A stretch of 64,000 nt of DNA from Polyangiales bacterium (GCA_045106895.1 JBGCFM010000160.1:1-64000), one strand, 5' to 3'; counted from the stretch's first letter, positions 32,426 through 42,431 are shown. The notes: generated by a model not told the origin, from the sequence alone. Translations and numbers: made by a program.

Positions 32426-34167
32426 GCTTGCGCGCACGCCTCATTGTCTTTTTTCTCATCGCGGCTTTCGTTCCCTTGGGCGCACTGGGCCTCGTGGTTC
32501 GAACCAGTCTCATCAAGGGGCTCGAAGAAGACCATGTGCGACGCCTCGCGACGCGCGTCGCTTCCGCACAACGAGTGCTTGCGGAGCGGGCGGAAGAAGA
32601 CCGCCAAGCGACGGAGGCTTTGTGTCAGCATGAGCCCGTCGTCGACCGTGTTCTTCTGCAGATAGCTGCAAATCGATTCGGCCCGAGTGAAGAGCAAGCG
32701 TTGGTTCGTTTGCTGCCGGCGCTGATGCATGGGCGCGGATTCGATACGCTGCATCTGCTTCAGGTGAGTGGTGAGCGCGGTCGCGTGCTTGGTGCTGGGC
32801 ATTACCCCGGTGAATCAGGCGCGCTCAAAGTCGACTTGCTGAATGCGCTTACGGCACACGAAGAGCAGCTCTTTGTGCACGATGTGCGGATTCAAGGCGA
32901 AGACGGCCCAGCAGATCACCAAGTGCTCTTGAGCGGCTGCATCGAACAGCGGGACGGGGCGACGCTCGCAGTGCTGACGGGTCGTCGTTTGGACGATGCC
33001 GTCAGCGAAGACCTCTTGGGAGATGTTTCCCCGGTGCATTTTGCCCTCGTCCACGGGGACGAGAGTCCGGAGCTTTTGGGCAGTGGAGCGCCGACGGAGG
33101 TTCACCGTTTTGCCGACTCAAACATTCGGCTCCTCGCCAATATCGATGACGCGCCACTGCAGGGAGAGATCGCGTCGCTGAAGCTTCGCTCGCTCTACGT
33201 AGCCGGGGCGGCGTTGGCGCTGGCGCTGCTGATGGCGGTACTGCTGACGTGGACGTTGACGCGGCCCCTCGAAGAGCTCCAGGCCGCGGCCAAACGCGTG
33301 GCCGGCGGCGACCTTGAGTCACGTGTTGCGGTCACGCGCCGGGACGAAGTCGGTAACGCGATGACCGCCTTCAACGAGATGACGAAGGAACTGGCGGTGA
33401 CCCGCGAGAAGCTCCTGCGCGCAGAACGAATCGCCGCTTGGCGTGAAGTGGCGCGGCGTATTGCTCACGAGATCAAGAACCCACTCCAGCCTATCCAGAT
33501 GGAGATCGAGACCATGCGCAAACTACACGCGCGTGGTCACGCGAGCTTTGACGAAGAGTTCGGGCCGTCGACGCAGCTGGTTCTCGATGAGGTGAAGCGC
33601 CTCAACAACATGGTCACGGAGTTCAGCCGCTTCGCGCGTCTCCCGCCCCCCCGACCCGTGCGCCAAGACCTGCTCGATGTGGTCAATCATGTGGTTAGTC
33701 TTCATGAGGGCGGGGCTGTCAGCGTGGACCAGGATGCTGAGAGCATGCTCCTTCGTTTCGACAGCGAGCAGCTGACGCAGGTGTTGGTGAACTTGGTGCA
33801 GAACGGTGCCGATGCGGCCATGGCACGCCACGGACAGAACGGCGGAAAGGTCCGCGTGAGTCTACGGGCTCTCGAGGACGCATCCATCAAGGGCGCGGAG
33901 TTGCGCATCGAAGACAACGGAACGGGCATCCCCGCTGCGGACCGCCTGCGCGTCTTCGAGCCCTACTTTACGACGAAGGCGAAGGGAACCGGGCTGGGCC
34001 TCGCGATCGTTCACCGCATCGTTGGCGACCACGGGGGCACCATTGACATTGAGGACGGAATCGATGGCGGTGCCGCGTTTGTGATTCGGCTTCCAGAAGC
34101 CGGTCCACCGGTGGCCATCGCCGCGAGCTTGTCCGACGCATCGCTGCCCCTGGGCCGTGCGCAATAG
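32422..34167 (+). CDS. HAMP sensor histidine kinase (NtrY-like)
   Basis: Two TMs, HAMP, AWREVARRIAHEIKNPL, N box, DNGTG, GTGLGL. Confidence 0.93.
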   Translation: MSLRARLIVFFLIAAFVPLGALGLVVRTSLIKGLEEDHVRRLATRVASAQRVLAERAEEDRQATEALCQHEPVVDRVLLQIAANRFGPSEEQALVRLLPALMHGRGFDTLHLLQVSGERGRVLGAGHYPGESGALKVDLLNALTAHEEQLFVHDVRIQGEDGPADHQVLLSGCIEQRDGATLAVLTGRRLDDAVSEDLLGDVSPVHFALVHGDESPELLGSGAPTEVHRFADSNIRLLANIDDAPLQGEIASLKLRSLYVAGAALALALLMAVLLTWTLTRPLEELQAAAKRVAGGDLESRVAVTRRDEVGNAMTAFNEMTKELAVTREKLLRAERIAAWREVARRIAHEIKNPLQPIQMEIETMRKLHARGHASFDEEFGPSTQLVLDEVKRLNNMVTEFSRFARLPPPRPVRQDLLDVVNHVVSLHEGGAVSVDQDAESMLLRFDSEQLTQVLVNLVQNGADAAMARHGQNGGKVRVSLRALEDASIKGAELRIEDNGTGIPAADRLRVFEPYFTTKAKGTGLGLAIVHRIVGDHGGTIDIEDGIDGGAAFVIRLPEAGPPVAIAASLSDASLPLGRAQ

Positions 34168-34182
34168 CTCTGCCTTGTGGTG

Positions 34183-35058
34183 TTAGAGCGCCCGATACGC
34201 CAGCCACGTTAGCTCGGTGAGGCGTGCATCGGAATCGCCGACGATGGTGTCGCCCATGACCGTGCCTTCTCCAAACTTCGCGAGCGTCGATTCTTCAACG
34301 ACGGTCTCGTCGAGCAATACGGTGAAGAGGCCGCCGAGGATGAAGAACTCGACGCGTGTTCCGTCCGGGAGATCGGTGGCGTTCGGAACGCGGACGTTGA
34401 ATCCTTCTTCGCTGGGTAAGGCTTCGGGGCCGAGGGCGTAGACACCATCCAGGTTCATGTCTCCGGCGAAGCAGGGGGCCTCCACACGCGTCGCACCGAT
34501 CTCCTCGTAGCGGCCGAAGAAGCGTTCCGGCACGATGTTCGTGAGCACGAGACCATCACCGATGGTGACTTCACGTGGGGCTGTCTCGTCGCCGATGGGC
34601 GGGAGCGCCACGTCATCGAGTTCGTAGACCACGATGTCGACGGGGTGCTCGTAGATGCCGTCTTCGACGCTAAGGTCTACAGGGCAGTAGCTGGTGGCGA
34701 TACGTTCTAGAGGGCTCGTCGTGCGAAGTGCGACGCGATCGATACAGCGGTGCTCTTCATTGACCGGCCGCACCCACCAGCCGCTTGGGTCACTGAGTGC
34801 AGGGGACAGACAAATGAAGTTGCCGTCCACTCGGTGGATACAGAGCTGGGCGCGGCCCCCTTCTACGGGGTTGCCTTCATCATCGACGATGCGGCCGGTG
34901 ATGGCGGCGGCGTAGTCACCCGTGCAGTCCACGCCGCCGCTCAGGTCGAGGTTCTCCAGCTCCGGAAAGTCGGGCGCAGGAGGACGCAACGGCGCGTTGT
35001 CCGGGGAGGCACAGCTCACGGCGAGGATGAGTGAAACGAGAGTGAGGGACAGACGCAT
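34183..35058 (-). CDS. Hypothetical lipoprotein
   Basis: Lipobox AVSC; ITGRIVDDEGNPV beta-sandwich start. Confidence 0.7.
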   Translation of the reverse strand: MRLSLTLVSLILAVSCASPDNAPLRPPAPDFPELENLDLSGGVDCTGDYAAAITGRIVDDEGNPVEGGRAQLCIHRVDGNFICLSPALSDPSGWWVRPVNEEHRCIDRVALRTTSPLERIATSYCPVDLSVEDGIYEHPVDIVVYELDDVALPPIGDETAPREVTIGDGLVLTNIVPERFFGRYEEIGATRVEAPCFAGDMNLDGVYALGPEALPSEEGFNVRVPNATDLPDGTRVEFFILGGLFTVLLDETVVEESTLAKFGEGTVMGDTIVGDSDARLTELTWLAYRAL

Positions 35059-35136
35059 ACCGGCAGTATGCGCGATAGAGCGACATGTAACGGAGTCGAT
35101 CAAAGAATCCGCTACATGGGCTCAAGTCAGCGGAAC

Positions 35137-36030
35137 TCAGCCGTCTTCGGCTGGGTTGGCGAACTTACGCGTCCAGAGGATCGCGTCTTTTCGTTCGTTT
35201 CCAACTTCCAGGCAACCTGCCAGCAGGCCTGTCTTTCGGTACCCGGCCGCGAGGAGCATACCCGCGAGCTCTTCGTCATCGCTGGGGATGAAGAGAAAGC
35301 CGCTCACGATGCCGCGTTCTGTGAGCCACTCGCCGAGCACACGAAGGCCGTTGAGAACGGCCTTTCGTTCGTTCTCGTCGGCGGGACGGCGGAGGATCTC
35401 GATGAGGCTGTGGCCAAAGCAATCTTGGTACTCAGCGGAAAGGTAGTTGGGCTCAGTCTTCTTGTAGCTGAGCTTGTAGTAGGCACGGCGTGCATCACGA
35501 CCGAAGGTGTCGAAGGTGTGAAGGCCGGCGTCGCCGTTCCACACTTCTTCGCGCGCTTTGAGCGCCTCGTCTTCGTCGACCTGAACGGCCTGCGCGCCTT
35601 TGACCTTGGCGGGGTAGTCCTTGATGACTTTCTTCGCGCGGTTGATGGTCCGCTCGGCAAGGCGGACGCCTGCGTCGCTGACGGTGGCGTTCTCGTCATC
35701 GCCGATGACGCAGCCGCAGAGGTGACCATCGCTACGTTTGTAGAAGCCAGGAATGGTGCCTTCGCGGGTGAACCCGACCTTGACCCAAGAAGACACTTCG
35801 TCCTTTTCGACGAGGGTGATGACCTTCTTGATGCCTTCCTTTTTGCCGACGGACTGGATGTACAGGCGCTTGGCAGGGAGTGCGCCGGCACGGAAATCGA
35901 TGACGCGAACGAACTTCGTTCGGTTGTTGAGGATCAAGCACAAGTACGCGCTATCACTACGGAAGTAGAGTTCCTCCACCGTCGGCCTGGACGGCGCCTT
36001 AGCTTTTGCCTTGGCTTTCGCTTTCGCCAT
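35137..36030 (-). CDS. Tandem GNAT-like protein (AblB/YodP-like)
   Basis: AAGGGA SD; GFTREGTIPGFY and AGYRKTGLL motif-B-like segments; strongly biased codons. Confidence 0.6.
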   Translation of the reverse strand: MAKAKAKAKAKAPSRPTVEELYFRSDSAYLCLILNNRTKFVRVIDFRAGALPAKRLYIQSVGKKEGIKKVITLVEKDEVSSWVKVGFTREGTIPGFYKRSDGHLCGCVIGDDENATVSDAGVRLAERTINRAKKVIKDYPAKVKGAQAVQVDEDEALKAREEVWNGDAGLHTFDTFGRDARRAYYKLSYKKTEPNYLSAEYQDCFGHSLIEILRRPADENERKAVLNGLRVLGEWLTERGIVSGFLFIPSDDEELAGMLLAAGYRKTGLLAGCLEVGNERKDAILWTRKFANPAEDG

Positions 36031-36228
36031 CGTTCGTGCTCCCTTATTTGTCCGGAATTCTTCGTGAATTCCACCAACGGCGGACACTAGCAAAGGTGTG
36101 TGGGGTGTCAAACGCCGCGCCGCCTGTTTTCTAGGTGTTTTTCGGCTCGTGGCGCATCGAAGGCGGAAGAACGAGACATCTCTCGTGCACCCATCCTGAC
36201 TACGGGTATATTCGCGTTCGTGGAAGCT

Positions 36229-37215
36229 ATGCAGGTGGAGAAGCGCGAGAGTATCCGGGTCGTCGCTGACATACTCCTGGCGGCGGCACACTCGGACTCT
36301 GAGTTCTGCGACCAAGAACGCCTCACCGTGAAGCGCGTCTTGTGTGAGCTCCTCGGCGTGGACGAGCTGCCGCACGAGATCCAAGAGCACCTGGAGGGCT
36401 TCGACCCGTCTAGCTTCAATATCCGCGACTCGGCGGAAACGTATTTGGAGCAGAAGGACATCAGCGAGGTCGATGAGCGACGCCTCATCGAGTTGGTGCG
36501 GAAAGTCTGTGACGCGAATGGCGCCGTCGACCTGGAAGAGGACCAGTACATGATCGCGCTGGTCCTCGCGCTGCGCCTCGCGCCGGACGAGTTCTCAGAC
36601 CTGGTGCTCAATCATGCCGATGGTCTGCACGGGACACGCAAGCGTGTCTTTGATGTTCTTTTCTCTGCGACGTTCATCGCGACTTGCTGGCCACTTCTCG
36701 CAGGCATTGCGACGGCGGTGCGCACCACGTCGAAGGGACCCGCCCTTTTCAAACAGCGCCGCTACGGAGCGGGCGGCCGCGAGATCGAAGTTTGGAAGTT
36801 CCGCACGATGACCGTTCAGGAGAACGGTGGTGACGTGAAGCAGGCCACGAAAGGGGACGCCCGTATCACGCCCTTGGGGGCGTTTCTGCGTCGCACGAGC
36901 CTCGATGAGCTTCCTCAGTTCTTCAACGTTCTCCGCGGCGACATGTCTGTCGTGGGTCCGCGCCCTCACGCGGTCGCGCACAACAAGGCGTACCGAACAC
37001 GCATTCTTGAGTACATGCTTCGCCACAAGGTGAAGCCGGGCATCACAGGTTGGGCACAGGTCAACGGCTGGCGTGGTGAGACCGACACTCTCGACAAGAT
37101 GGTCGGGCGCGTGGAACACGACCTCGATTACATTCGCCGTTGGTCCTTTCGCATGGACTTGCTCATCGTGTGGCTGACGGTATTCGGCGTAAAAGTCCGT
37201 CAGAACGCCTACTGA
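36229..37215 (+). CDS. TerB-like domain fused to a monotopic phosphoglycosyl transferase (Bac_transf, WcaJ C-terminal-like)
   Basis: N-terminal LLAAAHSDSEFCDQER..VCDANGAVDLEED; C-terminal KRVFD, KFRTM, LDELPQ, VGPRP, KPGITGWAQVNG. Confidence 0.85.
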   Translation: MQVEKRESIRVVADILLAAAHSDSEFCDQERLTVKRVLCELLGVDELPHEIQEHLEGFDPSSFNIRDSAETYLEQKDISEVDERRLIELVRKVCDANGAVDLEEDQYMIALVLALRLAPDEFSDLVLNHADGLHGTRKRVFDVLFSATFIATCWPLLAGIATAVRTTSKGPALFKQRRYGAGGREIEVWKFRTMTVQENGGDVKQATKGDARITPLGAFLRRTSLDELPQFFNVLRGDMSVVGPRPHAVAHNKAYRTRILEYMLRHKVKPGITGWAQVNGWRGETDTLDKMVGRVEHDLDYIRRWSFRMDLLIVWLTVFGVKVRQNAY

Positions 37216-37225
37216 ACCGCTTCGC

Positions 37226-37627
37226 TTACTGGCCGTAGGGGCGGGTGCCCAAAGCGCCTCGGGCAAAGTCACGTGCGGGCTGTTCGTCACTGAAGACACG
37301 GATATGTGAGCCGGCTTCGTCTTCGCGAAGCTGCTGACTTACCTGAAGTCGACCGACGGCTGTCTCGACAAGGAACGCGATACGCGGGTGTCCCTTGGTG
37401 ACCTCTCGCCTGAACTTTGTGATCTGCCTTTCGAAGTCCGGACCGACGCCCGCCGCGATGCTTCGTAGGTCCACCAAGAGGCCCAAATGCTGAAGGCTCT
37501 TGAGTGCCTCGATGACGGGGATGGTGCGTTCATAGACGTCACCACCAACGCTGAAGGGCACGTCGGTGCGAACGAGCTCCACGTGATTCGCTTGCTCGAT
37601 GATGCTGAAGTGAATGGTGATGTTCAT
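37226..37627 (-). CDS. STAS/SpoIIAA-like hypothetical protein
   Basis: LLVDLRS, RIAFLV, IRVFSDEQPARDF pattern. Confidence 0.6.
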   Translation of the reverse strand: MNITIHFSIIEQANHVELVRTDVPFSVGGDVYERTIPVIEALKSLQHLGLLVDLRSIAAGVGPDFERQITKFRREVTKGHPRIAFLVETAVGRLQVSQQLREDEAGSHIRVFSDEQPARDFARGALGTRPYGQ

Positions 37628-37694
37628 CGGAACTCGCACGGCGGCACTCTACATAAAATAGCGCGCCTCCTACACGAGCATTTTTCTCGAAACG

Positions 37695-37726
37695 AAAAAG
37701 GCCAGACCCCGAGGGGCCTGACCTTT
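37695..37726 (-). terminator. rho-independent terminator after the DsbA-like gene
   Basis: Minus strand AGGTCAGGCCCC-TC-GGGGTCTGGCCT followed by TTTT. Confidence 0.75.
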
Positions 37727-37756
37727 TCGACGATGGGCTCATACGAGCCCGATTGA

Positions 37757-39802
37757 TCACTCTGCGAGAGCGCGATCGATGGCGGTCTTGAAGGCCTCGA
37801 AGGGCTGCGCGCCCTGGAGGAGTCGACCGTTGATGAAGAAGCTTGGCGTACCGATTCGGGCGCCGGCGCTGGTGACGGCTTCCATGTCGGCGTCGACGGC
37901 AGCCTGGTGGGTGCGGTTGTCGAGGGCAGCACGGAACTGCGCCATGTTCACGCCGCCGATCTGCTGCGCGTACTCTTCAAGCTGTGGGCGGGCCAAGGCG
38001 CGCTGGTTCTCGAAGAGCTTGTCGTGGAAGGCCCAGAAGCCTTCGTCGCCACGCTGACGATGAATCTCGACGGTGGCTTCGGCTGCAAGGTGAGCGTCGC
38101 TGTGGAATGGAAGCGGGTAGTTACGCCAAACAACGCGGACGCGGTCGCCGTATTCCTGCATGACGCGAGCCATGGTTGGGTTGACGCGGGAGCAGAAGGG
38201 GCACTGGAAGTCGCTGAACTCTTGGATGACGACCGATGCGTTGCGTGCGCCCTTGCTTGGAGCGTTGCGGGGAACGGCGATTTCGTAAACGCGATCGGCG
38301 TCGGGAGCCGCAGCGGCTGGCGCAGCAGGTGCTGGCGCTGGACCGGTGAACTGTGGCTCGGTTGCGCCGTCACGAACGGCTGCGGCGTAGACTCCGGCGC
38401 GCGGGGTGCCGGCGGCGACGAGGGCACGCGCACGGGCGAGCTCCTGGTCGATGACAGCCTTGAAGGCCTGGAGAGGCTGCGCACCACGAAGGTTGCGGCC
38501 GTTGATGAAGAAGCTTGGGGTGCCGCTTGCGCCGAAGCCGCGGGCGATGGCCTGCTGTGCGGTGACGGTTGCCTGGTGCTCGTTGTTGTCTAGGGCGGCG
38601 CGGAACTGAGCCATGTTGAGGCCGAGCTCCTGTGCGTAGCTCTCAAGCTCTGGACGACCAAGGGCGCGCTGGTTCTCGAAGAGCTTCGCGTGCATCGCCC
38701 AGAACTTGGCGTTGCCGCCCTGTTCGAAGGCTTCGAGGACAGCCTGAGCGGCGGGTCCAGCGTTCTGGTGGAATGGAAGTGGGTTGTTCATCCAGATGAC
38801 GCGAACGTCGTTGCCGTACTCTTCGAGGACCTGGTTGACCGTAGGCTCCACGCGGGAGCAGAAGGGGCACTCGAAGTCCGAGAACTCGACGATGGTGACG
38901 AGTGCGTTGTCGGGACCACGCTGAGGAAGGTTGCCGGCGGGAAGCTCAAGCTTGTAGACGGCGGCTGGGTCGGGCTGACGACGAGCAGGCTGGTCCTGCT
39001 TGGCGGCGGCGGCGGGTGCAGCGGCGGGTGCCGTGAGACCGTTGCGGGTCATCGCCTGGTAGACCTGAGCCTGTGGCGTGCCGGCGGCAACAAGTGCGCG
39101 AGCAGCGGCGAGCTGACGGTCCATGACCTCTTTGAACTTGTCGTAAGGCTGTGCGCCCATGAGCTGTTCGCCGTTGATGAAGAAGGCTGGGGTGCCGCGA
39201 GCGCCGAGGCTCGTTGCAAGCTGCTGGTCAGCCTGGATCTTCGACTGGTGCTCGTTGTTGTCGAGAGCAGCTCGGACCTGGGCCATGTTGAGGCCGACCT
39301 GACCGGCGTAACGCTCGAGGTCCGCACGCTCGAGGGCGCGCTGGTTCTCGAAGAGGAGGTCGTGCATCTGCCAGAACTTGTCAGCGCCGCCCTGCTCGAA
39401 GGCTTCGAGAGCCAAGTTCGCAGCGGGGCCCGCGTTCTGGTGGAAGGGGAGGGGGTTGTTGCGCCAAACGATGCGCAGGTTCTCACCGTACTCACGCTCG
39501 ATGCGCTCGATGGTGGGGCGAACGCGGCTGCAGAAGGGGCACTGGAACTCGGACACGATGACCATCGTGACGAGAGCGTCTGCGGCACCCTTGCTGGGCT
39601 GGTCGGCGGTGACGGGAACGCGGTAGCGCTCGACGTCATCATCTGGACCCGGTGCGTTTGCGCCGAGGGCCTGGCCTTCACCTGCGATTTCGACGTTGGA
39701 GACGTCTTGGTCCCCGCTTTCATTTTTTCCAAGAAGGTTGCCGCTGGCAAACCCTCCGACGAACGCGATCATGATCGCGATTACTGCTGAACCTTTACTC
39801 AT
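37757..39802 (-). CDS. Triple-domain DsbA/thioredoxin-like oxidoreductase
   Basis: Three repeats of F(Q/E)CPFC..PLPFH..GTP(A/S)FFING..GAQP; N-terminal membrane anchor. Confidence 0.93.
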   Translation of the reverse strand: MSKGSAVIAIMIAFVGGFASGNLLGKNESGDQDVSNVEIAGEGQALGANAPGPDDDVERYRVPVTADQPSKGAADALVTMVIVSEFQCPFCSRVRPTIERIEREYGENLRIVWRNNPLPFHQNAGPAANLALEAFEQGGADKFWQMHDLLFENQRALERADLERYAGQVGLNMAQVRAALDNNEHQSKIQADQQLATSLGARGTPAFFINGEQLMGAQPYDKFKEVMDRQLAAARALVAAGTPQAQVYQAMTRNGLTAPAAAPAAAAKQDQPARRQPDPAAVYKLELPAGNLPQRGPDNALVTIVEFSDFECPFCSRVEPTVNQVLEEYGNDVRVIWMNNPLPFHQNAGPAAQAVLEAFEQGGNAKFWAMHAKLFENQRALGRPELESYAQELGLNMAQFRAALDNNEHQATVTAQQAIARGFGASGTPSFFINGRNLRGAQPLQAFKAVIDQELARARALVAAGTPRAGVYAAAVRDGATEPQFTGPAPAPAAPAAAAPDADRVYEIAVPRNAPSKGARNASVVIQEFSDFQCPFCSRVNPTMARVMQEYGDRVRVVWRNYPLPFHSDAHLAAEATVEIHRQRGDEGFWAFHDKLFENQRALARPQLEEYAQQIGGVNMAQFRAALDNRTHQAAVDADMEAVTSAGARIGTPSFFINGRLLQGAQPFEAFKTAIDRALAE

Positions 39803-39975
39803 CTCTAAGAACCTTTCGTGCGGACAACGCCGCAGCGAGCTTTATTAAACTCAACGTGGGTGGTCGTGCGCGAGGCGACCGGGAAAAGCGCGCGCTGAAT
39901 GCAACACTCGACCGCGCAGTGGTTTGCGCAGGGGTGGCGTTCGGCGATCGATGACGGGGGTGTACTCGGGCCGGT

Positions 39976-40437
39976 CTAGCGCGGTGGCCGAAGTAAACGT
40001 TCATGAAAGCCTGAAGGACCACTCTCGCTTTCAAAGCGTGGGTTGGTCAGGCTTGCGTGAAGGGCACGTGGGACCACGAGCCGGAAGAGAGTGGCCGTTG
40101 GAGGAGGCACCAGCTCCGCGGCAGGAGCTTCGCTGCCTTGAGGTGAGCAGCGGCTCTCGTCGCCACCTTCGCACCAGAGGATGCGCTCTTCTTGCTCGGG
40201 AGCGTCGGCCTCACGCCAGAAGGTCAGGCGTGTGCTCTCAACGTTGCTCCAAATCTCATCGATAGGCCTCGAAGCGGCGTTTTCGCCCTCTTCCATTTGG
40301 CTCTGGGGGCCATCTACACGAAGAGGTGGGCTGAAGAGCGCGTCTTCTTGGGCGATGAGGCACATGCGTTCCGCCGCGGCCGAGGAGGCCGTCGCTAGGA
40401 CTGCACTGACGCAGCAAGCGATGAGAAGAAAACGCAT
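39976..40437 (-). CDS. Exported hypothetical protein
   Basis: Signal peptide; C-terminal RLLRPPR. Confidence 0.55.
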   Translation of the reverse strand: MRFLLIACCVSAVLATASSAAAERMCLIAQEDALFSPPLRVDGPQSQMEEGENAASRPIDEIWSNVESTRLTFWREADAPEQEERILWCEGGDESRCSPQGSEAPAAELVPPPTATLFRLVVPRALHASLTNPRFESESGPSGFHERLLRPPR

Positions 40438-40491
40438 AGGGTGACGGACACTTGCAGCTGAAGCCGTGGACGGCAAGGGGGGTAGACGAAA

Positions 40492-40523
40492 GTGGCGGCC
40501 ACTTGGGAGGACTTGGCCGCCAC
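40492..40523 (-). terminator. Hairpin, probable terminator
   Basis: Perfect 10-bp inverted repeat GTGGCGGCCA/TGGCCGCCAC followed by TTT on the minus strand. Confidence 0.5.
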
Positions 40524-40575
40524 CCCGTCAATTACCCAACAAACCCCTAGGAAGGGCGTTTATTCCGCCAAAAAG

Positions 40576-40935
40576 CTAGCGGCGGAGATGCCATTCGGCG
40601 ATGGCGAGGGTGACCTGAGCCAAGGTGGCGGGTTTCGGAATGGCACAGTCGGCGCCATGTTGCCGGAGATCGTCGGCGCTGCATTGGCGCGCTCGCTCGG
40701 TGACGAGGACCACCGGCGTTGAGACTTTGGGCACGCTGATGGGAGCCTGCATCGCTTGGCCCTGCGCCGTCGCCAGGTCGAGGTCGAGGAGGACCGCGAC
40801 GTAGTCTTGGGCGGCGAGACGCGTGCCAAGCTGGTCCGGGGGCACGTCGACGACGGCGTACCCGTCCGCCAGGGCAGCTTCGGCGCTCTTCCAGGAGTTC
40901 CCCGAAGCGTCGACGTAGAGGAGGCGTGCGTTCAC
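40576..40935 (-). CDS. Single-domain, degenerate response regulator receiver
   Basis: RLLYVD, VLLDLDL, TPVVLVT, GADCAIPKP. Confidence 0.7.
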   Translation of the reverse strand: MNARLLYVDASGNSWKSAEAALADGYAVVDVPPDQLGTRLAAQDYVAVLLDLDLATAQGQAMQAPISVPKVSTPVVLVTERARQCSADDLRQHGADCAIPKPATLAQVTLAIAEWHLRR

Positions 40936-42431
40936 TTAGGCTCCTCCGCGCCGACAGAAACGATGGCGGCGACGATGACGCTGTTGCGATTTGGGCGCTC
41001 CAGCGCCGGCTCTTTTTGAGCGAGGTCGTCCTCCGTGATCACGCCGAGGGGCGCGGTGGTGTTCTTCACGATGGTGACGTGCGCCGGGCTTGGCGGATGG
41101 GCGTCCGGAATGGTGGGCCCGTCCATCGTGGCTAGCAGCGCGTCCTGCGTGTCTTCGGTGACAAAGGTCGGGGAAGCGGGCGTCGAAATCGGCGGCCGGG
41201 TTGTGGTCACATCGTCGAAACCGACGTCACGGCCTCGCGTTGCGATTGGCGCTCGTGTTGTGGTCACGTCATCGCCGAAGGTTCGCTCTGGGGGGGGCCT
41301 CGAATCGGCGGCGCCCTGCGAATCTGTTTCGCTCTCGGAGACTGGAAGAGCGATAGAGCGGGTCTCTTCGTCGCCGAAGGCCGCAAGGGGAATCTCCGCC
41401 GACGCCGCGACGCGGGTCACATCGTCGAAGCCAAGGCCTTCGCGTGTGCCCCCGATCGCTGACGGCGCCGAAGCCAGCGCGCGCTGTTCTGGGTTGGGAG
41501 CCGTGACGTCTTCAAAGCGTCCAGGTTTGGGAACCGAGAGAGAGCGTTGCGTGAATGGGCGCCCAATGAGGACGCGTTCAACCCCTTGCACCGCCACCAG
41601 AAGCTGAGCCACCTCGGGTTCCGCGGCTTTGGTGAGCATCTGTTCGTAGACTGCTCGGGCGGACTCAAACGACGTCATGTGCAGCTGCATCGCAGCCGCG
41701 GCACGTCCGATGTGCTGAACTGTCCGCTTGTCGGCGGAGGCAGCATCGCCCTGCGTTTGCGCTTCCTTCGCGAGCCGGTCGAGGGCCTGTGCTGTGGACT
41801 CGGCGTCTGGGTGTTCGACACTCCTCGCTGCCTTCGCCATGCCCGTCAGGTCACGGGCCTCAAGGGGGTCGAAGAGCGCCTTTGCCAGCGCCGACGCGCG
41901 AACGTCGACCTGTGAATCACATGTTGCAGATTGCGCGTTGTCGATGAGCATCCATCGCAAGAGCTGAAGACGTCGCTGTGCCCAGGGGGAGAGAGTCGCG
42001 GCACGCGACATGTCTTCCAGGGTGGCCATTGCGACGGAGGCGCCGCCGCGGAGCAATGATTGATGCACCGCGTGATGGTCGTGTCCGGCGTCGGGGGGCG
42101 GCGCCAAGAGCTCCCCCAGGAAGAGCGCCCAGCGCTGCCCGTCTTCGCCAAAACTGCAACCACTAAGGGCGGCCAGGGCTTCGACGAGCATGCCATCGCG
42201 AATCCACTGTTCGACCTGGAGAATACTGAGCGCGGGCCACGAACCCGCCGCCGCGTCGACGCTCAAACCCATCAGGGCCAAACGAAATGGACCATGGGCA
42301 GGCTGCCTAGCGAGGGCTCCACGAAGCATGCACTCCGCTTCGTGATGCGAACCCATGGCCGCTAGCGCTCGCGCCGACGCGATGATGCTCTCGGGAGACG
42401 ATGGGTTCACGCTGCCGAGGGTATCACTCAT
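40932..42431 (-). CDS. Hypothetical protein: helical/TPR-like N-terminus, disordered C-terminus with DxT repeats
   Basis: Long ORF in a minus-strand operon; repeated FDDVT-like motifs. Confidence 0.65.
   Translation of the reverse strand: MSDTLGSVNPSSPESIIASARALAAMGSHHEAECMLRGALARQPAHGPFRLALMGLSVDAAAGSWPALSILQVEQWIRDGMLVEALAALSGCSFGEDGQRWALFLGELLAPPPDAGHDHHAVHQSLLRGGASVAMATLEDMSRAATLSPWAQRRLQLLRWMLIDNAQSATCDSQVDVRASALAKALFDPLEARDLTGMAKAARSVEHPDAESTAQALDRLAKEAQTQGDAASADKRTVQHIGRAAAAMQLHMTSFESARAVYEQMLTKAAEPEVAQLLVAVQGVERVLIGRPFTQRSLSVPKPGRFEDVTAPNPEQRALASAPSAIGGTREGLGFDDVTRVAASAEIPLAAFGDEETRSIALPVSESETDSQGAADSRPPPERTFGDDVTTTRAPIATRGRDVGFDDVTTTRPPISTPASPTFVTEDTQDALLATMDGPTIPDAHPPSPAHVTIVKNTTAPLGVITEDDLAQKEPALERPNRNSVIVAAIVSVGAEEPK

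Noticed and set aside
35068..36090. 340-aa plus-strand ORF
   Set aside because: Antisense shadow of the GNAT-like gene, which has the SD and motifs
38690..39790. 366-aa plus-strand ORF
   Set aside because: Antisense shadow of the triple DsbA gene
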